A stretch of DNA of 63,477 nucleotides, the filler included, from Choristocarpus tenellus KU-1152 (taxonomy: Eukaryota; Protista; Phaeophyceae): NCBI GenBank assembly GCA_964200185.2. It is 11 parts of 11 records of this genome, joined end to end, with 100 filler letters (N's around TTAATTAATTAA, not from the genome) between each part and the next. Parts side by side here need not be neighbours in the genome. Positions count along the whole stretch, not along the records: positions 38,181 to 42,698 come from CAXNAD020014195.1; positions 42,799 to 45,775 come from CAXNAD020023217.1; positions 45,876 to 50,210 come from CAXNAD020015058.1; positions 50,311 to 59,533 come from CAXNAD020003864.1; 7 more parts are not named here. One strand, written 5' to 3'. A program made the position numbers and the translations under genes. The notes below the pieces were generated by a model that did no database searches, had not been told where the DNA came from, and saw nothing but the letters and a program-made list of their open reading frames with translations. Below are positions 38,747-51,150 of this stretch, piece after piece. The first letter of the stretch is position 1. Each line of letters starts with the position of its first letter.

Positions 38747-41700
38747 GAGCTATACAAGGATTTTTGCAAAGAGGCAATACGGGTGTATCCTGACAACCCT
38801 TCCAAGCGGGAAAGCAAGGAGTACTTCCTCCGATTGCTCAGAGAGGACAGGCCCAACATCCGGGTGAGGGTAGGAAGCGAGTTTATGGAATGTGACATAT
38901 GTGTCACGTTAAAAGAGAAGTGGCACGGTGCGCCTGGTGTAAAACCCATGAACGACTCCACCATCCTCGACTTCATCGATAAGGAGCTGTCAGACCTTCG
39001 ACAGGTAGGTATCCAGCGTTAATTTTGCAACAAGGGTACAGTGACAACATGTCACCGTCATTGCCCTCCGTTTTGAAGTAAATCCGTGTCCTTTTGCGAA
39101 TGAAGACTCCCACGTAGGTGTTTATAGCAGCAGCAGTAGCCTCACTCACCGCGAAACTTGCTGTTATTAGCTGCCCAAACACCTTGTAAGACAGACTGCT
39201 TCCTGGTAGTGTACAACGGGCTGTGGGAGGGACAGGTCATGTAGCGGTCTTCCGGCCCGGTATGTGCGTACTTCCTACCATCCCGATAACTTGGTGTTTG
39301 TCTTGAACGCAGCAATAAAAAACATATCCCAATACTAACATCTATTTTTACCTAGACTACATTTTTGTTACTAACTAACCTGATACGTGTTAACAAGCGG
39401 CAATTTTTTTTTTAAGCTTTGAGAAGATTTATTTGATTAATTCACGTGATGTTGCTGTCCCCCATTCGCCAGATTATCAAAGCGGATCGGCTGATCATCG
39501 CCAACAGCACCAGCAACGCCATGTGGGCCAAAGCCGACGTCAAACCTCTCGGCTTCGTGTTCATGTCCGTAGACACCGCAAACCAGACAGCACACGCCCT
39601 CTCAGCACTTTACCCACCTACCCACGGCGGTGACAGGTAACCACACGCACGCATAGTCCATCCGACAAGAACTTTGCAACCGCACGCGGAACAGAATAGA
39701 CGACCATGTTTTATTCTATCGGATGAGTGCAAAGTCCCAAGAATAATCGCCAAAACAAACGCACATAATTCCACTACCTATTCCGTTCATCACGATGAGC
39801 TTTCTTTACATGTTCCTTTCGTTCATGTCCCCCCTATCAGGGGCTACTCCGAGAGCCAGAAGATCATAGCCGCACACGTCGAAGGCCAGTTCACGGAGGT
39901 GTTCTTCACTCCTATCAATCTTGGAGGAGGTACGTACTGTAGAGTAGCGTAAGAGCTAATCAACAGGTAGTGGAGATCGCAGACATGTACATCAGCCGTA
40001 TGGGTGTATGTCCTCTACATTGCATAAACAAATTACATTACCCCTCTTTTTAGCTCCAAATAAACAATGCGTAAATGAGCAGAGTACTTTTTACCAACAG
40101 TTGTTGAACATCATTGTTCGCGCAGGTTGTAACCTTGTCTGCACAGCCACCCACCTTGCCCTCACAAGGCTTATCGACAAGTACCAGAACAGCCTCAATG
40201 ACTCGGGGAATTGCGTCATCCAGCACGCATATTGGCAGGTAAGAAGGTTTCATCTTGACACGACCTACTCAACACATACTCGCTGAATACCAGTTACCAA
40301 GTATCTAACTGCACGGTCTTTAGTTTTGGTTTGTGTATTGCAACCTGCATGTATTATGGCGGTGATGTAGAGATTGCCCTCTAGCAATACTGGAAACCTA
40401 CCCTGTTCCTCCATGAAACGTGGTGAAATGGGCTGACATATTGGCCTCACGCCCATCCCTCCCTCGCTCCCAACTCCCCAACTGGCCAGGTCGACAACTG
40501 CCTTCTCAGAGAACAAGAACAATTTCTTTCTCGGATACACGGGACTGTTGGTTGCGGCGAGTGCCATTCGTGTGGTCGAGATACATTTTATGATGATGGG
40601 GCACACGCACATCAAAATCGATCAGATCTTCTCCAGGTAATTAGGCAAGATATGCAAGTTCGATAACCACATATTGTTTTTATATGGACAGATACAGCCT
40701 CGAGGCTTGCAGCTCACGCTTGTTGCATTCCTGGAAGGTTTATGGCCGTGCGCTGTAACTGATCGATTGGCTTTTGATTTCCCCACAACAAAACTTCACG
40801 ATAAGAGCAGCTGCCACAATTGTTTCGTAACATACTCTCGAAACAAAACAATGAAAAAAAATGTACGCATCACCCAATTTTATATTGATTTTTCCATATA
40901 CATGCATCAGAGCATGTGCCTGCACATATATCCTGCTTATCCACTTTGCTTCTTTCGCCCCCGCCTCGAATTAACTTGCTTGCATTTCACCTTCAGGTTC
41001 TCACGTGGAATAAAAGGCAAAAACATATTCACAAGAACACAGCTGGGTGAAGGCCTTCTACACGGAGGTTCCAGTATACTACAAGACCCTGCGGAATGAG
41101 AGCAATTTCAAGGGACTCCTTCGCGGTCGCGTCAACCGTGTCCCTAACATCACGAGCTACAGGGCTTTTCGCGTTGAAAAAGGCGGTGATGGGCGGGTGA
41201 AGGCTAGCGTTAAGCGATACATGCACGGCACAGAATGGAGTGGGATAGGCGGAGACCTTGCTATGGACCCCAACGCCCCTCTGCACGACCTCTTCATCGG
41301 CCACCCGCCTCGTATCCAAGATGCACCACCCTACCAGCTCAAGAGTGTTCCCAAAGACGTCATCCTGAAGGTGGAGCAGCGGTACCAGGCGTTGCACAAG
41401 CACCTCCCTGCTGCGTACCCACTGGGTAAGTCGATTTTTTCGTGAGGGGAGTTGATAGCTAATTTAGGTATTCTGTGACAGCCAAAAAAATCAGGTGCAA
41501 CTTTTGTACGAGGCAGCCTTTACAGCCTTCAGAAAAAAATCTTGAAAAATATTGCATTCTCATGTGTAGTGATCGTCGCATGTTACAATAAAAATTACCA
41601 TAGATTACTCCCCATAAATGTTTTGAGGATACCGGCTTTGTACTCAACAGAGACGATTCCGACGAAATATACACCCTCCCTCTTGAGCCAAAGTATCTTA

Positions 41701-42698
41701 GGGGGTACAGCCACGTCCATTTGGGGACCAGTATCCAGTGTTGTAATTTTGATGTAATTTTGATGTAATTTTGACTATCATGTTTGTTAGGAGATGTCAA
41801 TATCCTTGTCTGGACACTCTTTTTCATAAGGTATACATTTTACCTACTCTGAAACATTTGGGAGTAGGTAAAATGTCAATAAAAACATCTGGGAAGCCAA
41901 GCCCCACATGGACAAACAGGGCAAAATTCGTACCCTCTAAAATACTTTCACTCTCTCACCGCATGCTCCCCGAGCGCATTTGTGAAACCTCACGCCTGGT
42001 AACAAAGTAACATTCATTCATCCATACCATTGATGTCCTCGTGCTCATGGATTCCACCTTCGCAGAAGATGAAGCCATTCAGAGAGCGAAACACGAGCAA
42101 ACCAAGCCTGTGCGACTTCTCCAAAAGACAGGGGAACGAGATTTCGATCTCCCAGTCGATTGGCTTCCCACCGATGATGATGGCGCTGGAACTAGCACCG
42201 GCGACGTCGAAGACAACGACCAGGGCGAACGTTCTGATGGGGGAGATAATCTTGTCAACGGTTACAATGATCTCGGCGGGCTCAAGGAAACACACTCTTC
42301 CTCATCGGACAGTGACAAGGAAGAACCTGGTTCCCGTCAACGGGGTTGGCTTCGTACTACATTGACATCGGGGAACCATGGAAACCTAGTCTCAGTGCAG
42401 GAAGGCAGGTTTGCCTTTTTTGTGGCAACAGAGACGCCGCTCTTGGTCGGCAAGATCCTAGCGGAGCGCGTTGGCGAGGACGGGGAGCATGGGGTGGATA
42501 TTCACTGGCTTCGGCCGACCAGTGATCACACACGTGACAACGCCGCGCTAATGACCCTTGAGAATATGGTAAAAGTAGTTTTGTAGAAGGCTGGGTGCAC
42601 GCTGGTGATAGATCCGGGCGAGGTGGGAAACAGAAGCGAGTTAAAGACGTTAGCTGGGAACCCGTGGCGGGTATTGTTTGGACTTGCGACAAACTTGT
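38747..42698 (+). pseudogene. Intron-containing Sola-type (DUF7869-like) DDD transposase pseudogene
   Basis: Exons approx. 38747-39004 (YFLRLLREDRPNIRV...FMECDICVTL), 39473-39636 (FMSVDTANQ), 39841-39929, 40127-40238, 40490-40636 (VDNC//SENKN...FMMMGHTHIKIDQIFSR), 40997-41426 and 42066-42698. Frameshifts after VDNC and after RTQLGE. DNC..ENKN and GHTH..IDQ.FS are typical of this family. Confidence 0.85.
41685..41953 (+). mobile_element. MITE family 1 in an intron of the Sola-type transposase
   Basis: TCTT|GAGCCAAAGTATCTTAG...AATACTTTCACTC|TCTC. Confidence 0.9.
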
Positions 42699-43032
42699 NN
42701 NNNNNNNNNNNNNNNNNNNNNNNNNNNNNNNNNNNNNNNNNNTTAATTAATTAANNNNNNNNNNNNNNNNNNNNNNNNNNNNNNNNNNNNNNNNNNNNTG
42801 CTTATCCCCCCCTTCCCCCTACTAACATCTTGAAAAAAGGTTTTGTAATATAGGAAAATAAACCCCCCCCCCCCCCCCCGCCAAAGTGCCAAAGTGAAAT
42901 GATGCATCCCGGATAAACCCAACTACCTCAGTAATTGTATCAACAGTCACCTCGCCAAAACAACCTTGAGAAGACACCGAAAGAGGAGGGACGGTAGGAG
43001 AAACTAATCTCACCTATGCATTGCACCTAGTC

Positions 43033-43560
43033 AACCCTAACCCTAAAAAAATAATATGCATATTGACGCGCACGCCCTCTTGCGTCTCGTCCTATATATT
43101 GAAACCACGCACTTGCTATGCTATCCAGAAATTGTAGAAGCATTCAATCACCAATCTCAACAAAATATCATACTTCTTCCAGGAAATTTCTTCAGACACA
43201 CCAAAAAAAATTGTAGCGCTTTCAAAGGCAGCAAGACAGCACAGCCTACATACACCACGCCGTATCTATATCGTACAAGCAAACTAACCCTAACCCTAAT
43301 ATCTTATCCCCTACACCATTCAAGGAAGCACATAGTTCAAAGAATTTGTGTAACCCTAACCCTAACATCCCATCCCCTATACCGTAAAGTAACCCTAACC
43401 CTAACCCTAACAAAGTATCCCCTACACAGAACAAGGAGTTTGCACAAGCAACTAACCCTAACCATAACAAGCTATCCCCTAAGCAGAACAAGGAGTTCGT
43501 ACAAGCAAACTAACCCTAACCCTAACCCTAACCCTAACAGACTATCCCCTACGCCGTACA
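43033..43560. repeat. Mosaic minisatellite of (CCCTAA)n blocks alternating with TATCCCCTA...CAAGGA units
   Basis: At least six CCCTAA-containing blocks, most separated by related 30-50-nt spacers. Confidence 0.85.
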
Positions 43561-43617
43561 AGGAAGCACATAGTTCAAAGAGTTCAATTTTGCAAGCGTT
43601 ACCCTGTCCACCATTTC

Positions 43618-43748
43618 CTGCACTTACAGCTCTATCGAAAGGCAATACAATATAGAGCTGTAAGTGCAGCATTATACAATATATCAATATAGAGCTGTAA
43701 GGGCAGCATTATACAATGTATCAATATAGAGCTGTAAGGGCAGCATTC
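43618..43748. repeat. Perfect 18-bp hairpin whose right arm lies in a 37-bp tandem repeat (x~2.7)
   Basis: CTGCACTTACAGCTCTAT (43618-43635) / ATAGAGCTGTAAGTGCAG (43652-43669); CAATATAGAGCTGTAAG at 43648, 43685 and 43722. Confidence 0.9.
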
Positions 43749-44049
43749 AAACAAAATGGGGTTTCCGTTTAGTCGGCAGAGTGGGAACACGACTACAAAC
43801 TAAGGCCTTTGATGGCACATGCGGAAATTACTTTTACTAGTGGCAGTAAATATCCCCGTGTCGTACTGCTCCACCAACTGCCGATTTCCTAGTCAGCAGA
43901 GAGAGGGATACTTATTATGGATTAGCTGGCACCCTGCTGAGTGAAGGGACCATATTCAAAAACCACCGGGCGGAGGAGCACTACTTTGCAAAGAGCCACT
44001 TGTGCCCTGACCAATCAGCCGCATCAATCACATCGAACGAGTGTACCCA

Positions 44050-45050
44050 CTAGGGTGAGTTGTCCAGTGCAGTATGGATTTTCGTGAGAAAAGCTGGGCA
44101 TTACGTCGCCGTTAACAGCAAAAACCTAGTGGAGTAGAGATCCAGAGCACCTGTGCCATGGGAACCAGCAAGGGGATTGATGTACTCTTCTAACCAGAGA
44201 TACATCATGCTAAGATCGTAAGAAGAAAAAAAACAGGGCTTGATGAATAGTTGAAAATTTGGAGACTTGACGATCCTAGGAAATAATGATAAATTTATTT
44301 CTAAAAGTCCAACAGCAAACCCAGCATGACACCTACCAATATCATTGTGGCGTAGTTCTGGTCCTCCCCTCTGGCAGCCCCCCTTTGGATTCCTGCCAAT
44401 AGTTCAATTAATCTCTCTGTGGGAGTTGAAGGTACTACCTTTTTTGCCTATCGAAGGGAAACGAACATCACTACCCATCGTCAGGCCAATGCTATCCAAA
44501 ATCATCACCCACCTCTCCGTTAGCATTGATAAGCCCTGCGGCCTTGAACTCCTCTACCTCGTCCTCATCCAGGTCCGAGCTGAGGGGTAAGAAGCTCAGC
44601 GCGCAAGTACGCTCAGTAGTGATCTGAACATTGGGGAAGCACAACAAACAGTGTCCGAGCTTTTGTTGGGAGCAACCAAGAGCACTAGTAATCTGGGTAT
44701 GTGGTCTATAGGAGGAAGAGGGACGCGGGGGAAACAAAGAAAATGGAAGTGGATACACTACACCACAAAAAAAGCTGGATAATCGTCATGTACAAGGCGT
44801 CGCAGCACATCATTACATTTCGCCAACAATTTTATGGGAGGATGGACATCGTGGAAATCAGGAAGATATCATGTTGAATGGAACACGAAAAGCTTGAATA
44901 CTGATGTTGGGACCAGTGTCAACAGCACAAAAATAGAGAGGTATTCCTGTGATGTCTCTAAAGCCAAAAGTACAGCAGGATGTTCCCATACCATTCCCCA
45001 AAAGAGATGGCACTCTATCAACCAGAACTCAGATGCCCGGACTAAAGGTG
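44050..45050 (+). pseudogene. Possible piggyBac transposase remnant
   Basis: NNFMGG followed (one-base shift) by DIV resembles YNxxMGGVDxxDQ; KRWH downstream. No TTAA-bounded TIRs found. Confidence 0.25.
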
Positions 45051-45934
45051 ACGATGACACCCCTCACAAACTACTGGTGCATGGGGAACCTGGGGAGATG
45101 TTACCCACTGATGAGCTTGTAAGACAGAAAGTAAGACTCCCAGCCTTGGGTCCTCTTTTCTACTCCAAAAAGTTTGGAATATTCAACAAGTAAACTTGCT
45201 ACTCCTTGGCATCACAATCATGGATGCGTAATTGATATTCCCTCAGCATCCCGCTCGACAAGAAGCTTTCAGAAAACTTCGACTAGGAAGCTATCCAGAC
45301 CCCATTCAATGATATCCCAGGTTCTAATCACGTAAGGAGATGAGATCTCATTCTGACTGATCCAATTCCCCAAGTCCTGTAGATCGCATGTTTGAGAGCA
45401 ATTCAGGACGCATTTTTCAGCATCGCACCTGCTGCCTCGAGGTATCGGTATGCATACCATCTGTTCTCATCCAAAGCCCCGGAGACAGTTCCTCCATGCT
45501 CTCTAACACCAAAATACAGGGTGAGTTGGAATAGGTACTTGGGTATTTTTGGTTTGGGGTATTCCCAGTTTTAAACGGCGGAAATTTTATATTATTCATG
45601 CATCAATTACTTCATTATGCCCCCCATCACATTAATAATATATATTTTATTATTATGTCCTCTGACATACTGCAGATGTGTCAGGGGGACCCGAATGAAA
45701 CCTATATACATGTGAATCGTGTGATTCTGTGGCGGCGTGGTTCACTCAGGCAAGGGTGGCGAAGAGAATCACCGGNNNNNNNNNNNNNNNNNNNNNNNNN
45801 NNNNNNNNNNNNNNNNNNNTTAATTAATTAANNNNNNNNNNNNNNNNNNNNNNNNNNNNNNNNNNNNNNNNNNNNTTCTGCCTCGCTCCACATCGCCGCC
45901 CCCCTGTGACTTTGGTTGTGAACTCATTTGGCAG

Positions 45935-47461
45935 GTGTTTATGTGTGCATGGAACCCCAAAATGGATCTGCTGGCATCAGGGTGAGCGAGAGGTTTTTAG
46001 ATTTGGGGAGAAGGGACCAGGGTGTGTTATGAGGGAGGTGTTTGAGCTTTCGGGGAGTTCAATACCTGTAGCGAAGGCGTGCTAAGCTGGAGAATTTCCT
46101 TTCAATAGCACCGTTTTTTACAGCAGGGCTTGTTGTCATGCCAGGAAAGTACAGACGGATCTGTCCTTGGAGTGGACCAGGTTCCAGTACTTGCTGAAGT
46201 GTCCAGATTAGGCCCACAAAGTATTTGGACCTGTCCTGTCCTGTCCATAGCCCAGACACGTTCCAATAATCCTCTGACATGTCTGGACTAGGTCTACCCA
46301 GTAGTGGAACCTTTTTGGTCCATGGACCGGACATGGTTAATAACATTTTCTTATGTGTCCGGACCAGGTCCATCGGAACTTTTATGAAAGACTGGGCTGT
46401 GGTCCGGGCTGTGGTCATGTTAAAATGTGTGAAGGTATGAGGCTGGCCCGGTCCAGTTCTCTGTTTAATTTATGTATGTCACAGTGTCGGAAAAGAAAGT
46501 GGATGAAGGAAGGTATGAATGTGTAAGTATGATGTCTAAATAAAGTGTACATTCCTTGGGGCATACCTTTTGACATATATCTTTGACCGGGTCAACCCAG
46601 GGTAAAAAATTTCTATGAATAGTTTTTTTTTTTTTTAGCATATGATCGTCAAGAATTTCAACATAGCTGGACTGCACCCCGACTTAGAGCCGCTATGGTG
46701 TGAAAGGACTGGTCCAAGGCTATCAACTGTTTTGGCATGACTGGTCCTTGGACTGGTCCAGTACCAAAATGTTCTAAGGGGGCTAGTCCAGGGTTGTCAA
46801 CTTTTTTCTTAATCTCAAGACCAAGGGCCGGCCCACAGTCATGGCCCTGGGCCCGGCTGTGCTAACCACCCGGACTGATAGAATGCTTTGTGTTGTGATT
46901 TCTTTTCACGTTTATATCATTGACGTTATTACTATTATGGTTGTTCTCAATGTTATCACTACTTTTATTTCATTTCTATTTGTTACTGCTGTTGTGATTT
47001 CAATACTACTCGTTATTGCTGTTCTTTAAGTGTTCTTAAAGTTGTTGCTGTTCTTTTAGTGTTAATCCCTTTTTTTTTTTAATGCTACTTGTTATTGCTA
47101 TCATTATTGTTCTTATTCTTGCTGTAGAAGAAGTTTGGCAGACATCCTGCTCTGGTCCCCTTTAACAGTACAGACTATTAGTAGGGAGCATGTGTGTCTT
47201 CGCTGCTGCTGCTGCTGTTGTTGTTGTTGTTAATGTTGTTGTTGTTGTTGTTGTTGTTAATGTTGTTGTTAATGTAAGGAGTTGCACACCTTTGTTTTTG
47301 CAAGAGGTTGTGAAGCTTTGCTCTGCTGCTGCTGCTCTTCTCCCCCTCCCAACAACAATAATTTTTTCCCCATTATAATAGCATCAGTACTACTTTTTGT
47401 GTTCTAGAAGGATTACTATGCTATTTAGATATTTAGAGTAACCACTGCACTGGTTGTGTAA

Positions 47462-47494
<33 letters not shown>

Positions 47495-47711
47495 TTTTAG
47501 TGACCCCTTCTGTAGCCCGTTTCACCCTGTCTCATGCACTGCCTTCTGTTTATCCTTTTTGTTCCAATCCCTACCTCCTGTGTGAACCCCCATCCTCTTG
47601 TGTTTTGGTGCTGAACCCAACACAAAAACACCATGTACATGACTCTCTTGGATTCTATTGGTCAGATCTGGCGACTCAACTGCCCGCATCTGGAAGGTTC
47701 CTAATCATGCC

Positions 47712-47751
<40 letters not shown>

Positions 47752-49944
47752 TGTGTGTGTGTGTGTGTAGAGTCAGTCTTTTTTATCATTATTTCATCAC
47801 CTGAATATATTCGTAGGGTTACTGATTTTAACAAATTAAAATAGCGAAAGATTTGGAATGTGATTTTTTTTTTCAATCGCCTGAGGAGTTGCAGACCAAG
47901 TGGGCAAAGGGTAGTGACCAAAAAAGATAAACTTGAGCACAAATATACACATGGTCTGTATGCCCAAGTTTTTGATTGATCAAAAAAATTGAAAAAGGAT
48001 ATGATGTAGCCTCTACAAGAAGAGCAGCCGCTATCTATATATACCCCAGATATTGGTATATAGTGCACAAACACCCAATCGCAGTGGGTGGGGTAGGAGT
48101 TGATTAAGATTATCAGGCATGTTTTCCGGTTCCGACGGAGCAAGATATTGGGAAGGGAAGAAGATTTCATAGTCACATTATTGTTACATTTGGTCCATCC
48201 GATATAGTGTACCATGGCATACATCATGACTTGAAAGTAGATAGCGAGCACACGTTTCTGATAAGTTGATGGAGGCCCTCAGTTACACTTACGTTATTTT
48301 TTTTAGGGAATGTTATTGTAGATATGGTGTTCGGGCTAGGGTTATTGTAGATATAGTGTCAGGGTTAGGGTTAGGGTTAGAGGAATGTGCTATTGTATTG
48401 TGCTGTAACTAGGGTTGAAATTATCTTCTTTTTTTTTCGTTCTCCAGAGTGGTGAATGATGTTTTTTTTTTTCCAAAAAATTGGAATGAAATCTGCTTCG
48501 ACATGGTGGAGAATTGTAAAAAGAAATTTCTTCCATGACTGAAAAGGGTTTTCTTGCCATGTAACTATTGTTCTAGTGTTTTTTCTTTTTTTAAGACTTG
48601 GGATTTTTTTTTAGCGTAGTGCAGTGCCTATGTTTTTCCCATTGGTTGTTTTTGAATGGATGAATAATTATCATCCAATAGGATGACAAAACTAAGATGT
48701 CTTTTGACGCCTATTTGGACGTTGAAGTACCTCTCTTTGTTCTAATTTTAATTTTTAATTTTGAAAATTGTTTTCGGTTTGGAGGGTTAGGGTTAGCTCT
48801 ATGGTAGAGGTGGACTTTTATGTGCCAAGTGGTTAGCTCTAATTGATACTACTAGAATATTATGTATCATGAAATGAGTGCAAGCGCTATCCGTGGAAAA
48901 AAATAAATATTATCTGATGTCTATGGCTTGTTTGTTAATGGTTTATTCAGGTTTCGTGGGGTTAGTTCTAGAATGATATATAATCAGATTAGTACTGTTT
49001 TTTGTTTGATGTTGTCATGGTTATTGTTATGGTTGATTGGCGATGGCACTGACCTTCTTTGAAGTGTCCTAGAAGAAGGTGCCCGATACGATGGTGTTTA
49101 AGAGAGGGTTTCTTTGTAGTCAGCAGTAAGGTATGATCATGACTAAGAGGACAACTATTGTTAGCATTAACAGAATTACTTGTACCATACATAGCGCGAT
49201 AACCCTCTGCTGATTGTCAATTTCATAGTGGGCAGAAAGTGGAAAAGATCCTGATCAGTCAACGGGGGCTAGCCTGCTGGGAAGTCTTGTATTTGTAGAA
49301 GGTGGTAGGGGAAGGGTAGGTTTTCTTTTTACCCTTGCTTATCACATCGATTTGAGTTCGGACACAAAGTTTGCACATCTTGTTGAGAAGAGATGAAAAA
49401 AAAAAATATACTCTCAGTCATATGCCGTTGTCGATTTATGAAAGAGATGAAATATATATATATATATATATATATATTTCATGTTCTTTTTTTGGTTTGG
49501 GTTAGGGTTAGGGCTAGAATACCGTTTTACGATATTGATACTGTGTGTTGTGTATCATGGTGTCATTTATTATTATTATTATTATTATTATCAGATTTTT
49601 TAACACTTGTATACTTTTGTTCGAGTTGCGTACTATTGCTGTTGATACTGAAACATTTTTTCATGTGTATGTTTTTGAAATCTCACTTACCAAATCAAAT
49701 AATTGGTATGTTGTTACTAGTAGTGTATTTTATTATTATCATTGTTGCATATTGTTCTTACTATCTTTTTTTTTTTTACGTTAAAATTATTCTCATATTC
49801 TGGTTTCATACGGCAGGGGAGCTAGTATCACAGAGGAGGTGGCGAAGACCTCCATTGTCCTCAAGCACTCAGAGGACGTAGGAGACAAGAACAAAGACGT
49901 TACAACCCTGGAGTGGAATAAGTCCGGAACACTGCTGGCCACAG
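45935..49944 (+). CDS. TBL1: TBL1/TBLR1-like WD40 protein, three internal exons
   Basis: Exons 45935-45981, 47666-47713 and 49817-49944 give VFMCAWNPKMDLLASG|SGDSTARIWKVPNHAR|GASITEEV...NKDVTTLEWNKSGTLLATG. This matches TBL1X/TBL1XR1 VFICAWNP..DLLASGSGDSTARIW and NKDVTSLDWN..GTLLATG. Confidence 0.92.
46121..46877. repeat. GGACC/GGTCC-rich insertion in TBL1 intron, probable non-autonomous DNA element
   Basis: CAG...CTG ends and dense GGACC/GGTCC motifs in both halves; TIR and TSD poor. Confidence 0.3.
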
Positions 49945-50893
49945 GCGAGTCCTCTAGAAAGGGCTGACAGACACCTGGACAAAGTTCACTTACTTGGAGG
50001 AAGTGGCATTGTTCAAGCACGTCGCAATGCAGTTTTTCCGATAGTTGTATTTGTTGTGGATTAGGGGTGTTTTTCGTCTTATTGGTACAGTGCTCTTGTG
50101 CTGTGTTGGTTTGTTTTTAAGAAAGGGGGCTGAGGGGGGGGCGGGGGCAGAGGCGGCGGCGGCGGGGGGGGGGGTTGTTTGGTGAAGATTGATTGTTTTG
50201 GTTTAACTTGNNNNNNNNNNNNNNNNNNNNNNNNNNNNNNNNNNNNNNNNNNNNTTAATTAATTAANNNNNNNNNNNNNNNNNNNNNNNNNNNNNNNNNN
50301 NNNNNNNNNNCAGTCAATTTTGGGTCAAGCCCATCCTCAATGAAAAGCTCCATCCTCAATTTTTGAAATCGGCTGTTACTGGTCTCTAAAAATCACTCGT
50401 CAACTCCTCCGCCCACTCTGTTGATTAAATGGTCTTGTTTTGGTGTCTGATTTTGTGACACCTACCTGTACAGATAGATGATGAAGCACTCAATTCCATA
50501 TGTGGAATGTGGGCAAACCATTTCTAGTTTTGTTTTCACTTAACCACATGTATGTGTGCAACATACACGAAGTGAGCCTAAAAAACAACATATTGCAGTA
50601 GAATATAATTAACCTTAAAACTCGCGAACAGAAAAATCACACCTGGTGGTGGAACATACAGGGAGACGGATGAACGAACAGGAAGTACTTGTTTCTTACG
50701 CGGTAAGTATGTGAGAGATGAAATGACATCTGTATAAAGACGATCCTGGTGAGATTTATTTTTTCAGACTCCTTAGTTTGAAGTAGTCACGCTCGAGCTC
50801 GCGGATGAGTCTACGTGCGAGGATGATAGCCGGTACTGGTAATGAGGCGAAGGTAAAGTAGAGATGTATTATAATGTAATAGTATGACTCAAA

Positions 50894-51150
50894 GACCCAA
50901 GGTATTTAAGAGGGTAGGAGTTCTGCCCCGTTTGTCAGTTTAGGGTTTGGCTTCCCATGTTTTTTTTATGCCCATTTTCGGTTTTCGAAACATTTCGGAG
51001 TAGGTAAAATATATTCGACAATGAAAAGTTGTCCAGAGCAAGGATATTGACACTCCCTTACAAATACGATATCCAAAATTAATCAAAATTGCAGCATTGG
51101 ATTTATGACCCCGAACGGATGAGGTCCTACCCTCTTAAATGATTTGTCTC
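50894..51150 (-). mobile_element. MITE family 1 (diverged)
   Basis: AAGGTATTTAAGAGGGTAG...CTACCCTCTTAAATGATTTGTCTC; flanks CAAA/TAAA. Confidence 0.8.

Noticed and set aside
43056-43655. 199-aa ORF
   Set aside because: It is a translation of the CCCTAA-containing minisatellite.
47190-49881. Hydrophobic ORFs inside TBL1 introns
   Set aside because: Produced by (GTT)n, (TA)n and (TTA)n microsatellites and AT-rich intron sequence.
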